Shown here piece by piece: positions 38,146-48,658 of a DNA stretch of 64,000 nt. The DNA comes from Candidatus Saccharicenans sp. (GTDB taxonomy: Bacteria > Acidobacteriota > Aminicenantia > Aminicenantales > Saccharicenantaceae): NCBI GenBank assembly GCA_030017715.1, contig JASEIU010000001.1:146677-210676 (forward strand). The letters are read 5' to 3'. The notes beneath the pieces are model-generated. The model worked only from the letters and a program-made list of their open reading frames with translations. It was not told the origin of the DNA and made no database searches. A program made the position numbers and the translations under genes. Position 1 is the stretch's first letter, and the number at the start of each line of letters is the position of its first letter.

Positions 38146-40227
38146 TTACCTCTTATCGAGTTCCGAAAGGAGTTTTCTGATTTCGGGCTGGTCCGGGTTC
38201 AGCCGGAGCGAGGCTTCCAGCGGTTGTCGGGCTTTCTCTTTCTGGCCCATCTGTATATAGACTCTGCCCAGCGCATTCAGGGCCCTGGTGTCGCTGTCGT
38301 AGATGGTGATGGCTTTCAGCAGCTCTTCCAGCGCCCCGGCCTGGTCCTGTTTGCCCATCAGGGCCAGTCCCCGAAACAGATGGTAATCAAAGGCCTGACT
38401 GTCTTCGGCCTTAAGCCCTTCGGCCATTTCCAGCACCCGGTCGTGCTGACCGACTTTGATCAGGAACTGACAATACTCCTTGAGGCCTTCCTTGAATTGC
38501 GGATTCTGGCGGAAAGCCTGCTCGTAATAATAGGCCGCTTTTTCCGTCTTCTCCAGCTTGTCGTACTGGCTGGCCAGCATGTAATGATAGTAGAAAAGGT
38601 TGCTCAGATTAAAACTTTTGGCCTGGATTATTGGATGGCCGATGGCTCTCTCCGGGGAGATGATGAAGGTTCCTTTTTTCTGGTCGACCAGGTTGCCGGC
38701 ACCGTCCAGCAAACTGAGGCTTAACTGATAATAGTCGGGAATCATTTCCCGAACCGAAATCTCCCTTAAATAATTACTGACCCGGCTGAACTCATTTTCG
38801 CTCAGCTTGATTTCTTCGGTCCTGGTCGACTGATTGTTCTGGCCCAGTCCCGTGAGCTCAAGCCTGATTTTGCCGTTCTGGCGCAGGCTTTCGGAGAGGT
38901 TGAGGACATTGACGCTGACCGCCAGAATATCTGAAGCCGAAATGGTATTCTTCGGGTCCACCAGCACCTTGGTCTCGGCCACCTTGAAGGGCAGGTGCTG
39001 ATTCCGGGCGAATTTTTCCGTCCGGTAACCGATTAATGGCTTGGACAGGCGGGGCTGGTTCCCGGTTTCAGCCACTTCCAGGGCTCTTTCGAGAATGGTG
39101 AATTCCTTCGATACCGGATTGCGCAGCAACACCGTTAGCTGGTAAGAACCCTCAGCCACCGGGAAGGAGTCTTCGAGGGCCAGCCCGTTGCCCTTGAGAC
39201 GGGGCAGGTCGTTTTCAGAAAAATAGACCGACATGTTGCGGTTGTACTGAAATATTATTTTATCTCCGGCCCTGAGGCTGACGTCCATCTGAAATGGAAC
39301 GTAATACTGGCTTCTCGGTTCGTAATAATCCACCGAAACGGACTTGGGGGCCAGCGAGAAATGAACGAAATTCAGGCCGGTGGTCGGGTCGGGAATGACT
39401 TCGGCCATGGTTTCGGAGTCAACGAAATTGGTCAGGTACTCGGTTGATACTACTCCTTTGTAGTTCAGGAAATGAGTGGCATAGGAGGGATTGACATCTT
39501 TTTTGGGAGAATTCAGGATATCGGCCAGGATCAGGTTGTAGCGGGGAGAGGGGGAATAATCATAGGAAAACTCGCCGGGAATAAGGGAAATGGCGGTGTT
39601 GGCCAGGGTGGGGGCGATTTCCTGGATTTTTTCATAGAGCTCTTCATAGGTCAGACCGTCCAGGCCTCTCTTGTCCTGAAGCAGGCTGGCCGGCCCGTCG
39701 ATTAATGGATCGTAGAGCTTGTACTCGATGCTGCCGTGTCTTTGAAAAAAGATGAAAATAAAAACCGGGGGCAGTCCTTTTTCCGGATCGCCGTGGTAGG
39801 TCCAGGCCTGGCAGGGCACTATGCCGTTAACTCCTTCGAACCTTTCTATGCTCTCCGGCGGGCCCAGGATCATGTAAATCTTACCCATGTCGGTCATCCA
39901 GCCCTCACGGGTCGAACCCCGTCTGAAGGTCTTGTTTACATAATTGAATCTTTTGATGATTTCTTCTTTGTATTCGTTTTCAGGGGTGCCGGGTGTCGGG
40001 TCCCGCATTTTCCAGAAAGTTTCGACGAACAGGTCTCTTTCCCGGTCGTTGCCGAGTTTCAGGAAAACATCTTTTTCCTGAGGCAGGATGATATAATTGA
40101 CCAGCTTCAACCAGTCCTGGTACTTGGGATTAAGGCTTTTGATAATCTCCGATTGCTTCTGACCGGCTGAAGCTACCGAAGTCAATAGCATCAGAATTAT
40201 CAGGACTGATCCGATTCTTCTGGTCAT
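38146..40227 (-). CDS. GWxTD domain protein with C-terminal TPR repeats
   Basis: The start is set at MTRRIGSVLIIL (signal peptide). It carries REGWMTDMGKIYMILGPP, the GWxTD signature. The last roughly 170 aa are TPR-like. Confidence 0.75.
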   Translation of the reverse strand: MTRRIGSVLIILMLLTSVASAGQKQSEIIKSLNPKYQDWLKLVNYIILPQEKDVFLKLGNDRERDLFVETFWKMRDPTPGTPENEYKEEIIKRFNYVNKTFRRGSTREGWMTDMGKIYMILGPPESIERFEGVNGIVPCQAWTYHGDPEKGLPPVFIFIFFQRHGSIEYKLYDPLIDGPASLLQDKRGLDGLTYEELYEKIQEIAPTLANTAISLIPGEFSYDYSPSPRYNLILADILNSPKKDVNPSYATHFLNYKGVVSTEYLTNFVDSETMAEVIPDPTTGLNFVHFSLAPKSVSVDYYEPRSQYYVPFQMDVSLRAGDKIIFQYNRNMSVYFSENDLPRLKGNGLALEDSFPVAEGSYQLTVLLRNPVSKEFTILERALEVAETGNQPRLSKPLIGYRTEKFARNQHLPFKVAETKVLVDPKNTISASDILAVSVNVLNLSESLRQNGKIRLELTGLGQNNQSTRTEEIKLSENEFSRVSNYLREISVREMIPDYYQLSLSLLDGAGNLVDQKKGTFIISPERAIGHPIIQAKSFNLSNLFYYHYMLASQYDKLEKTEKAAYYYEQAFRQNPQFKEGLKEYCQFLIKVGQHDRVLEMAEGLKAEDSQAFDYHLFRGLALMGKQDQAGALEELLKAITIYDSDTRALNALGRVYIQMGQKEKARQPLEASLRLNPDQPEIRKLLSELDKR

Positions 40228-40392
40228 GATTTTTTCCCTGTCTAAGTTATATTCTTTCAATCCAGTTTGCCCGGAGAGCAACTAAATGCTAAACCAAGGG
40301 GCGGTGACTGTCAAGAAAATGGTCTCCGGCCCCGGGGCCTCAGGATGTCGTTCATGATAAGAAACCCGGACCGGAACAAAAGGTTGCAGGTT

Positions 40393-41118
40393 CTATTTGA
40401 GAAATTCGCGAATGGCCGGGTTATCCCTGATTTTTTCAAATTCCGGCACCTGCTCTATCCGTGGCCAGTCCTTGAAGCCGGCCTGCCTGGCTTTTTTCAA
40501 ATAGTCGACCGTTCTTTCCAGATCCTGGCGACCGGCATACAGGCGAGCAAAGGAAAAATAAAGCTCGGCCAGCAGCCCCCCCCTCATCGGCAACCCGGCC
40601 AGGCTGTCGGGATGCTTTTCTAAAAAGTCGGGCTCGAGTTCCAGCCCTTTAGAAAGATAATCGAGGGCCGCCCGGTCATCACCCATCTGGAAGCAGACTG
40701 CGCCCAGGCTGTAGTAGGCGGCCACCAGGCCGGGAGATAGGCTGAGCGTTTTCTGGTAATATTCCCTGGCCCGGGAATAAAGCTGTTTCATGGCGTAAAC
40801 CCCGCCCAGGTTGAGGTAACCGAGACTGAATTGCGGGTCGAGTTTTATGGCTCGCTGAAAGTGCATTTCGGCCAGGTCATAGTTTTGCTCGCGAAAATAG
40901 GTCAGACCGATCAGGTTGTGAACCCGGGTTGATTTCGGGTTAAAGTTTAAGGCCAGGGAGAACTCCTGCCTGGCCAGAGCATAGTCTTTGTGGCGCAGGT
41001 GAGCCAGCCCGGCGTTGAGATGCCGGTCGAAGGAAGCCTCTGAACCCGCCTTCCCCGAGGGCAGGCAGCCCCAGAAAGCGAAGAGCAAAGCCGCCAGAAG
41101 GGCAGCCGTCTTTTTCAT
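40393..41118 (-). CDS. TPR-repeat lipoprotein
   Basis: The start is set at MKKTAALLAALLFAFWGC (lipobox). Repeated A..Y...A....P TPR patterns follow. Confidence 0.7.
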   Translation of the reverse strand: MKKTAALLAALLFAFWGCLPSGKAGSEASFDRHLNAGLAHLRHKDYALARQEFSLALNFNPKSTRVHNLIGLTYFREQNYDLAEMHFQRAIKLDPQFSLGYLNLGGVYAMKQLYSRAREYYQKTLSLSPGLVAAYYSLGAVCFQMGDDRAALDYLSKGLELEPDFLEKHPDSLAGLPMRGGLLAELYFSFARLYAGRQDLERTVDYLKKARQAGFKDWPRIEQVPEFEKIRDNPAIREFLK

Positions 41119-41269
41119 CTCTTTTTCCTCTCCCCGTATAAAATAATTAATTCTTTCGGCTCGGGTTGTCAATTCAGGCAAGAACTCAGGCTGTAAACAG
41201 AGACGACCATTAAGCGCGGATAGAATCCGGGGGGTGTAATTAAAAGGAGCTCGTTTGAGCGGTCGGGTG

Positions 41270-42886
41270 TTAGTCTTGTGTCGGGCCGGCCAGTTTATAG
41301 AGGTTAAAGCTCTTCAGCCAGGGAACATCTCTCGATTTAAGGACCACCAGACGCACCCGGTCAGTGGTGACCGGGGCCGGAGTCAGCAGTCTCCTGTAAC
41401 CCACGGTCGTTCCCCCGGCAATTTCAGTCCATTGGCCGTCCAGCCAGGCTTCAACCGAAAATTCCTCGATTCTCTGTCCCCTGGTTATATCTTCGCTGAT
41501 TTCAAGGCAATCAAAACGGCCGGGTCTCTCCAGAGTTATCTCCAGCCAGGGGCGGAGTTGGTCGGCGGGCGGGCACCAGCCGTCGTCGGGATTTTTCTTC
41601 AGCAGATTATCTGCGGCTGCGCCGGGCCTCTGTCCTGAAGCTCTAACTGCCCTTTTTTTGAGGTAACCGTCCCGGAAAGTTCGATTCAAAAGCTCTCTCC
41701 AGCCTCGGAGGGCCCGGACATCGCTGTCGTTAATCAGTCCCCTTCTGTCCGGAGGAACGTTCAGAAGCAGGACCGAGTTTCGGCCGACCGACTTCAGATA
41801 GATCTCAAACAGCTCCCGGGGCGACTTTACCAGCCGGTCCTGTTCCTGGTGGTAGAACCAGCCCGGGCGGATTGACACATCCACTTCGGCCGGGTACCAG
41901 AAAAGCGCCCTGGCTCGACCGATAACCTCCCGGCTGCCCAGGTCCTCCCCCATGAGGTTGGCGGGCTGGAATATTTTTTCCAGAGACGATTTGCCCCCCT
42001 TTAAGGTATTCAGGGAATCTTCGGAAATGGCGAGAGGCAGAACGCTCCATTCGCTCTCCCTGGCCAGCCCGCTTTCGTTGCCCACCCAGCGGACATCGGG
42101 GCCCATTATGGCCACGACGGCTTCCGGCTGGAGTTTTCTTATCAACTGGTAATATGAATTCCAGTCATAATCCTGCTTTCTGCCTCCGGGCCCTTGGCCG
42201 CAGTAGCCGTCAAACCAGACTTCGGATATCGGGCCGTAGTTGGTCAGCAGTTCTTTCAACTGGCTGCGGAAAAATTCGTTGTATCGGCCGGTTCCGTAGC
42301 TCTTTTCGTGACGGTCCCAGGGGGAAAGATAGATCCCGAAATCCAGGCCCTCTTCCCGGCAGGCCCTGGCCACCTCCAGAACCACGTCACCCTTCCCTTT
42401 TCGCCAGGGGCTTGATTTAACAGAATAATCGGTGGTCCTGGTCGGCCAGAGGCAGAAGCCGTCATGATGCTTGGCGGTCAGGATTATCATCCTGAAACCG
42501 GCCTCTTTTAATACCCGGGCCCATTGCCTCGGATTGAAGGAAGTCGGCTGGAAGAGTTTCGGGTCCTCGGTCCCGTCGCCATGTTCTTTTCCGGTAAAAG
42601 TATTGAGGCCAAAGTGGGTAAAAGCGGCCAGTTCCTTTTGCTGCCATTTTAACTGCCTTCTGGTCGGCACAACGCGGGCCGCTTTCCGGATTACCGTTGG
42701 CGGCGAATCTTCCGGCTCTATAATCTGGATGTTTCTTAAAGGAAGGTCAGTCGGCTGTCGGGACTTGAGCTGGCCTCTGACACCCGCCAGGCCCCAGAAA
42801 GCAATGGCAGCCACCGGCAGCAGACCCAGCAAAAATTTTTTGGACGGAACCAAAACGGCTTTCCGGCCTGTGGCCATCCTAAACAT
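41270..42886 (-). CDS. alpha-L-fucosidase (GH29) with C-terminal F5/8 type C-like domain
   Basis: FGLNTF...AKHHDGFCLWPT, YLSPWD and a C-terminal discoidin-like segment are present. Confidence 0.8.
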   Translation of the reverse strand: MFRMATGRKAVLVPSKKFLLGLLPVAAIAFWGLAGVRGQLKSRQPTDLPLRNIQIIEPEDSPPTVIRKAARVVPTRRQLKWQQKELAAFTHFGLNTFTGKEHGDGTEDPKLFQPTSFNPRQWARVLKEAGFRMIILTAKHHDGFCLWPTRTTDYSVKSSPWRKGKGDVVLEVARACREEGLDFGIYLSPWDRHEKSYGTGRYNEFFRSQLKELLTNYGPISEVWFDGYCGQGPGGRKQDYDWNSYYQLIRKLQPEAVVAIMGPDVRWVGNESGLARESEWSVLPLAISEDSLNTLKGGKSSLEKIFQPANLMGEDLGSREVIGRARALFWYPAEVDVSIRPGWFYHQEQDRLVKSPRELFEIYLKSVGRNSVLLLNVPPDRRGLINDSDVRALRGWRELLNRTFRDGYLKKRAVRASGQRPGAAADNLLKKNPDDGWCPPADQLRPWLEITLERPGRFDCLEISEDITRGQRIEEFSVEAWLDGQWTEIAGGTTVGYRRLLTPAPVTTDRVRLVVLKSRDVPWLKSFNLYKLAGPTQD

Positions 42887-42902
42887 TCTCCATCTTTAAG
42901 AA

Positions 42903-44447
42903 TCACCAGAAAATTATGTAAAGAGCTATGGTCAGGATAATGATAGCCGCGCACATATATTTGAGAACCGGGGTGGAACGGAGGTCAAAGTTTTCCTGGA
43001 CCGGCAGTTCTTTCGGCTCCCGGAGCGGCCTGGCCAGCGTAATGGCGGCCATGATTATGACCAGGATTATGAAGTTAATGGCGATCCGGTTCAGAAAAGC
43101 TACCTCTCCGAACTGCCATTTCAAAAAGCCATAAACGGGAACGGAAAAAACCAGAGCCGCAACCCCGGCCGCCGGCGGCGTCCTCTTTATGAACAGGCCG
43201 AAGACAAAAGCTGCCAGCACTCCGGGCGACACAAAGCCCTGGAATTCCTGAATATAATTGAAGATGCCCTTGAACCGTGGGTCGCCCAGCTTGGGCGCCA
43301 GCAAGCAGACTGCCAGAACAAAAACTATAGTCGCTACCCGGCCGATGGTTATTAAACTCTTCTGGCTGGCGTCTTTTTTCAGGTGACGCTTATAGAGGTC
43401 CATGGTGAGAATGGTGGAGACCGAGTTCAGAAGAGACCCCAGGGTGCTGATCACCGCTCCGGCGATGGCGGCCAGTATAAATCCTCTCATTCCCGGCCCG
43501 ACCAGATTGCGAATGAGAAGCGGGTAGGCCTGGTCGGTCGTGTGCCCGGGGGCCAGGAGCTGTTCTCGGTAAAGTTGATAAGAAATTATTCCCGGCATGA
43601 CGATAATAAAGGGTATGAGCAATTTGAGAAAAGCGGCAAACATAATTCCCAGCTGGCCCTGTTTCAGGCTTCTGGCGGCCAGGGTCCTCTGGGTTATAAA
43701 TTGGTTCAGTCCCCAGTAATAGAAATTAGGAATCCAGAGACCGATCACCAGGGTAGTCCAGGGAATTACCGGATGGTCAGCCGGCATGATCATATGAAGC
43801 TTATCCTGGTTGGCGGCCACAAAAGCTCCAATTCCGCCCACGGCCCTGAAGCCCAGGACCATCGTTACCAGACCGCCGATAATCAGGGCCGAGCCCTGGA
43901 AAAGGTCGGCCCAGGCCACAGCTTTCAATCCGCCCCAGGTGGTGTAAACCGCGGCGATGAGGCCGATAAGCCAGACGGCTTTTACCAGGTCGAAGTCAAA
44001 AATGGTGTGGAGGGCCAGGGCTCCGGTGTAGACCACGGCTGCTATGCTGACCAGGATGTACATGAGAATCATGTAAAAGGCCATGATGCCGCGGGCGGCC
44101 GGGTTGTAACGGTATTCCAGAAACTCAGGAATGGTATAGATGCCGCTGCGCAGGAATTTCGGCAGAAAGAATAGGGCCACGAACACCAGAGTGATGGCAG
44201 CCATCCACTCATAGCTGGCCACGGCCAGACCGGCGATTCCCGCGGCCTGCCCGGACATGCCGACAAAATGTTCGGTGGAAATGTTGGCCGCGATCAGCGA
44301 AAAACCGATCAGTGGCCAGACCAAACCGCGACCGGCCAGAAAGAAATCGGCTCCGGTCCGCTCCTTGCGGCTCTTGTACATGCTGACCGAAACCACCACA
44401 ATAAAAAAGAGTATGAAAACTGAAAGGTCCAGCCAGTGAAGTTGCAT
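42903..44447 (-). CDS. sodium:solute symporter family (SSS/SGLT-like) transporter
   Basis: 514 aa with about 13 TM helices. The N-terminal FFLAGRGLVWP is typical of SSS transporters. Confidence 0.85.
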   Translation of the reverse strand: MQLHWLDLSVFILFFIVVVSVSMYKSRKERTGADFFLAGRGLVWPLIGFSLIAANISTEHFVGMSGQAAGIAGLAVASYEWMAAITLVFVALFFLPKFLRSGIYTIPEFLEYRYNPAARGIMAFYMILMYILVSIAAVVYTGALALHTIFDFDLVKAVWLIGLIAAVYTTWGGLKAVAWADLFQGSALIIGGLVTMVLGFRAVGGIGAFVAANQDKLHMIMPADHPVIPWTTLVIGLWIPNFYYWGLNQFITQRTLAARSLKQGQLGIMFAAFLKLLIPFIIVMPGIISYQLYREQLLAPGHTTDQAYPLLIRNLVGPGMRGFILAAIAGAVISTLGSLLNSVSTILTMDLYKRHLKKDASQKSLITIGRVATIVFVLAVCLLAPKLGDPRFKGIFNYIQEFQGFVSPGVLAAFVFGLFIKRTPPAAGVAALVFSVPVYGFLKWQFGEVAFLNRIAINFIILVIIMAAITLARPLREPKELPVQENFDLRSTPVLKYMCAAIIILTIALYIIFW

Positions 44448-44795
44448 CTTAAACTCCTTGTCGCCGGTTTTTTCGCCGGCTCAAGTAATCAACGGATATT
44501 ATAAGCAAATAAAACCCTGATAAACAAAAAAAATTTAAGGCCCGGAGTTAAATCACCAAATGCTGTTCGGTCGGGCGAGTCCCGGCGATGGCCGCGGCCG
44601 AATTCATTTATCGGCAGACATACCGGAGGTCATACCCGCGCGGTTGAGGATTGGCAGGCGGTCGGTTTCAAACGGGATGATATTATTGAGAGGCCCCGGG
44701 TCCGGCGGTCATCGAAATTATTATTGACAGCCGGAATTCAATCGGGATAAATAATAATGTTAACGTTGTAGAAGAGTGAAGAGGGGAGGAAGCCC

Positions 44796-46937
44796 GTGCT
44801 GACTCGAAGTAAAATCTTTTTTTTGTCGTTAGCCTGGATTCTGTTGCTGACGGTTGGCCTCTCGGCTCTGGAGCCGCCGACCAGGGAACAGGTTCAGAAA
44901 TATCGTCTGGACGGCACTTACGCCGCCCGGGTGGCTGCGGCCAGAGAAATCGGCAACCATCGGATGGACCCGGAATTAGTTGCTCATCTGAATTACCGGG
45001 TGAAGCGGCTGGCCCTGGAAGCCCAGGGATTTAACCCGCAGCAGATAGACCGTCTTCTGGCCCCGCCCCCGAGCCGCCGGGGGATGCCCACCAGGGGACA
45101 GGTTAAAGTCCTGGCCATTCTGATTGCCTTCCAGGATTATCCGCCCGTCACCGGCGCCGATTTCATTGCCCAGCAACTGTTCGGCCTCGAAGACACCTAT
45201 AACCCCAATTATCCTTATGAATCGATGAGAGCTTATTATTCCCGGGCCTCTTACAGCCAGCTTGATATTCAGGGCAATGTCCTTGGCTGGTACACCACCG
45301 CCTATAATCGCTCTCAGGTGGAAGAGACGACTCAGGGCCGCCAGAGTCTAATCAAGGAGGTGCTGAATTATTACGACGCCCAGGGACACGATTTTTCGCA
45401 GTACGACAATGACAACGACGGCTACATAGATTATTTCCTGGTTTTCTGGACGGGGCCTCACGGTGAATGGGCTTCTTTCTGGTGGGGTTACCAGACCACC
45501 TTTGGCGACAGCAGTTATCTCCTCGACGGCAAACGGTTGCGGAAATATTCCTGGCAGTGGGAGCTTTACAATTACCCTTATGGCCAGTTCACCCCGCTGG
45601 TGGCCATTCACGAGACCGGGCATGCCCTGGGACTGCCAGATTATTATGATTATGATGCTTCGGTGGGACCGAAGGGAGGGGTGGGCGGCTTTGACATGAT
45701 GGACGCCAACAGCTATGACCACAATGCCTTTTCCAAGTTCGTCCTGGACTGGCTGACGCCCTCCGTTTTTAACTCCGGCAGCCAGGTTTACAGCCTGAGA
45801 GCCAGCGGCGAGTATCCTGAAGCCCTGATTTTCTTCCCAGGGGCCGTCAGCGGAGATATTTTTAATGAATACTATTTAGTCCAGAACAGGTATGCCACCA
45901 GGAACGACTCCCGGCTGGTGAATGTCAACGGCGGAAATGTCGGCCTGGCAGTCTGGCATGTAGATGCCAGGCTTAATTCCTACGGCACCAATTTTCTGTA
46001 TGACAATTCTAACACCGACCACAAGCTGCTGCTGCTGGTTCAGGCCGACGGCCTGGACGAGATTGAGCTGGGCATTAGAGGCTTCAATTCGGCCGATTTT
46101 TATCGGCCGGGCTCAGAGCTGGGCCCTTCGACCTACCCGGCAACCGTCCGTTATGATGGTAATCCCACCGGAATGGGCCTGACTGAAATTACGGGTTCGG
46201 GTACACCCATAAGTTTCAGGATGTATTCCGGGGCCAATCCCGAGCTGCGCCTTTCGGCCTCAACGCTTAACTTTGACCGGGTAAAGGTCTGCACTTATGC
46301 CGACCTGACCCTGACGATTTATAATGACGGAGACGGGCCCCTGATTATAAGCAGCCTTTCCAGGCTTTCCGGGGCTGCGGATTTTTCCTGCCGGACAACG
46401 ACTTTTCCTGTAACGGTCAATGCCGGCAGCAGCCGGGAGTTTGTCTTCAGGTTTGACGCTTACAACACGGGACCTCTGACCGCCACCTATGCCATCAATT
46501 CCAACGACCCCTCCACCCCCCAGGCCCTGCTCAACCTAAGCGGAACGGGTTACATTCCGGAGATCAACCTTAATATCCAGGTCGAGCGCAGGGTGGAAAG
46601 GGCCTGGATTCTGCAGCGAGCTTTTGCCAGGATAACCATTCAGGTCAGCAAGGCCGAGCCTTTCAATGTCGATAGCTACCGGCTAATCCGGCAGGAAGCA
46701 GGCAGCAGCGCCGACCCCCGGCTGGTGCAGACCTTCAACGATTCTGATTTTTCGTCCGGCCAGATGGTCTACATTGATAAGTACCTGGAGGCCGATAAAA
46801 GTTATATCTATACCTTACAGGCCATTGATTGCTACGGTCGGGTCATCAGCGCTTCCTCACAGCAGAGGAGCGGCTCAGAATTATCAAGGAAAAGAATAAT
46901 AAAAGCTATCAACGGGAAGGATTATTATGAGGACTGA
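44796..46937 (+). CDS. secreted M6-family (immune inhibitor A-like) metalloprotease with C-terminal beta-sandwich domains
   Basis: It has a GTG start with RBS GGGGAGGA, a signal peptide and AIHETGHALGLPDYYD. The later segment resembles a choice-of-anchor-D-like fold. Confidence 0.75.
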   Translation: MLTRSKIFFLSLAWILLLTVGLSALEPPTREQVQKYRLDGTYAARVAAAREIGNHRMDPELVAHLNYRVKRLALEAQGFNPQQIDRLLAPPPSRRGMPTRGQVKVLAILIAFQDYPPVTGADFIAQQLFGLEDTYNPNYPYESMRAYYSRASYSQLDIQGNVLGWYTTAYNRSQVEETTQGRQSLIKEVLNYYDAQGHDFSQYDNDNDGYIDYFLVFWTGPHGEWASFWWGYQTTFGDSSYLLDGKRLRKYSWQWELYNYPYGQFTPLVAIHETGHALGLPDYYDYDASVGPKGGVGGFDMMDANSYDHNAFSKFVLDWLTPSVFNSGSQVYSLRASGEYPEALIFFPGAVSGDIFNEYYLVQNRYATRNDSRLVNVNGGNVGLAVWHVDARLNSYGTNFLYDNSNTDHKLLLLVQADGLDEIELGIRGFNSADFYRPGSELGPSTYPATVRYDGNPTGMGLTEITGSGTPISFRMYSGANPELRLSASTLNFDRVKVCTYADLTLTIYNDGDGPLIISSLSRLSGAADFSCRTTTFPVTVNAGSSREFVFRFDAYNTGPLTATYAINSNDPSTPQALLNLSGTGYIPEINLNIQVERRVERAWILQRAFARITIQVSKAEPFNVDSYRLIRQEAGSSADPRLVQTFNDSDFSSGQMVYIDKYLEADKSYIYTLQAIDCYGRVISASSQQRSGSELSRKRIIKAINGKDYYED

Positions 46938-47502
46938 TCAGAGCACAAGGATCTTAATGGTTTGGTCATTGCTGGTTTTGCTGATTTTCGTCAGCGCTCC
47001 ACAGGTCAGAGCCGAAACCGTCATGCTGTCCTTCAGCTACGGTTATCTTTTCCCCGCCGATTCAAACTACCGAGAAGTCTACGGAAGTCAGGTCATGGTG
47101 CCGGAATTCAAGCTGGGAGTCCGGGTTATCAGCGATGTTTATATCTACGGAACATTTTCCACTTTCAGCAAAAACGGCACCACGCCTGAGCTTAATGAAC
47201 CGGCACATTCCAAGCAGCAGTTTTTTGGCGGCGGGCTGGCCTATTTTCCCCATCTGACCAAGCATCTTAAAGCTTTTATCGGGGCCGGGGTGGCTGCGGC
47301 CACTTATGAAGAAAAAGCCCTGGATATCAAGGTCAGCGGGAATAAAATTGGCTTTCTGATGGAAGGCGGCCTTTATTTCAAGGAGAAATCTGTTTTGGTC
47401 GGGGTGAACGGAGGTTACTGCGCGGCCAGCGATACCTATGAAGGGGTGGACTTCAAAATCGGCGGAGTCCGGGTCTCAGCCGTGCTGGGCTTCATTTTTT
47501 AA
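46927..47502 (+). CDS. small outer-membrane beta-barrel protein
   Basis: It has a signal peptide, an alternating hydrophobic pattern and a terminal LGFIF. It overlaps the M6 gene by 11 nt. Confidence 0.65.
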   Translation: MRTDQSTRILMVWSLLVLLIFVSAPQVRAETVMLSFSYGYLFPADSNYREVYGSQVMVPEFKLGVRVISDVYIYGTFSTFSKNGTTPELNEPAHSKQQFFGGGLAYFPHLTKHLKAFIGAGVAAATYEEKALDIKVSGNKIGFLMEGGLYFKEKSVLVGVNGGYCAASDTYEGVDFKIGGVRVSAVLGFIF

Positions 47503-47589
47503 GACCCGACGGCTGCCAGTCTTCAGATTGGTTTTAGAGGCGGAAATCCGGATCAGGGCCCGCAGACTTTTTTAAGCCGCTGTCAGCTT

Positions 47590-48624
47590 TCAAAAAATAA
47601 AAGCGGCTTTTAAGACTCCGTCCAGCCGGTCGGCGGCGGTAATAAAAGCCTGTCGGGCTTCTTCCGGCCGGAAGCGATGGCTGAGCAGCCAGGCCACCTC
47701 AACCTCTTTGTTCTTTATCATCTGAAGCGCCGGCTCCAGGCATTGGTTCTGTCGCCTGGAGTTGATTATGGTGACTTCTTTGCGGCGCAGGCGGGCTATC
47801 TGGTAAGAGACTCTTTCCGGAATCGGGATTCCAACCTGAATGATACGGCCACCCGGCTTAATCAGCGCCACCGACTGGTCTATAGCTTCCTGGTCTCCGC
47901 TGACCTCAAATACCAGGTCCAGACCCTGCGGCTGGCGAGAGAGAATTTCCTGAACGATGTCTTCCTGCTCGACGCTGGCTGCCCAGGCAGCTCCGGCCCT
48001 GAGGGCGGCTTTGACCCTGGCTTCCACCCGGTCGGTGGCCAGGATGGAGCTCAGTCCCCATCGACGGAGAAGAAGTATCAACGACAGGCCGATTGGGCCT
48101 GAACCCAGAACGGCCACCCTGTCCCCGCTACGGGGAGCAGCCAGATTTAAGGCCTGGAGGGCAATCGACAGCGGTTCGGCCAGCATGGCTTCTTCAGGAG
48201 TCAGCGCGGAGTCCAGCTTGATTAAGTTTCTGGCCGGCAGGACAAAATATTCGGCCAGGCAGCCGTCAAGCTCTCCCGGATGGCCCAGAAATTTAACCTT
48301 CCGGCAGGTATTGAACCGTCCGGCCAGACACTGGTCGCAGACCCCGCAATAAATTGAGGGCTCAACCGCGACCAGGTCTCCCGGCTTAAATTCTCTGACT
48401 GCGGTTCCGACCTCAACCACCTGGGCCGAGCATTCGTGGCCGACGATGCAGGGATAGGGGACTTTTTCACCGCCGACCGAATCGGAGACGAAGTAATGGA
48501 GGTCGCTTCCGCACAGGCCGGCCACCCTGGTTTTGAGCAATACCCAGTCGGCAGCGGGAAGGACAGGTTCAGGCCTGTCCTGGAGCTGGGCTTCTCTCGG
48601 TCCGGTCAGGACAACAGCTTTCAT
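47590..48624 (-). CDS. zinc-dependent medium-chain alcohol/polyol dehydrogenase
   Basis: The start is set at MKAVVLTGP with RBS GGAG. It has GLCGSDLH, GHECSAQVVEVG, CGVCDQC and GSGPIG. Confidence 0.85.
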   Translation of the reverse strand: MKAVVLTGPREAQLQDRPEPVLPAADWVLLKTRVAGLCGSDLHYFVSDSVGGEKVPYPCIVGHECSAQVVEVGTAVREFKPGDLVAVEPSIYCGVCDQCLAGRFNTCRKVKFLGHPGELDGCLAEYFVLPARNLIKLDSALTPEEAMLAEPLSIALQALNLAAPRSGDRVAVLGSGPIGLSLILLLRRWGLSSILATDRVEARVKAALRAGAAWAASVEQEDIVQEILSRQPQGLDLVFEVSGDQEAIDQSVALIKPGGRIIQVGIPIPERVSYQIARLRRKEVTIINSRRQNQCLEPALQMIKNKEVEVAWLLSHRFRPEEARQAFITAADRLDGVLKAAFIF

Positions 48625-48636
48625 CTTAACGCTCCA

Positions 48637-48658
48637 TATATGATGTTTCATTCATATG
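48637..48658. promoter_or_regulatory. palindromic operator site 3: TATATGAt-gtttca-TTCATATg
   Basis: It has the same ATATGAW-N6-TTCATAT core as sites 1 and 2. It lies 13 nt upstream of the dehydrogenase ATG at 48624. Confidence 0.5.
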
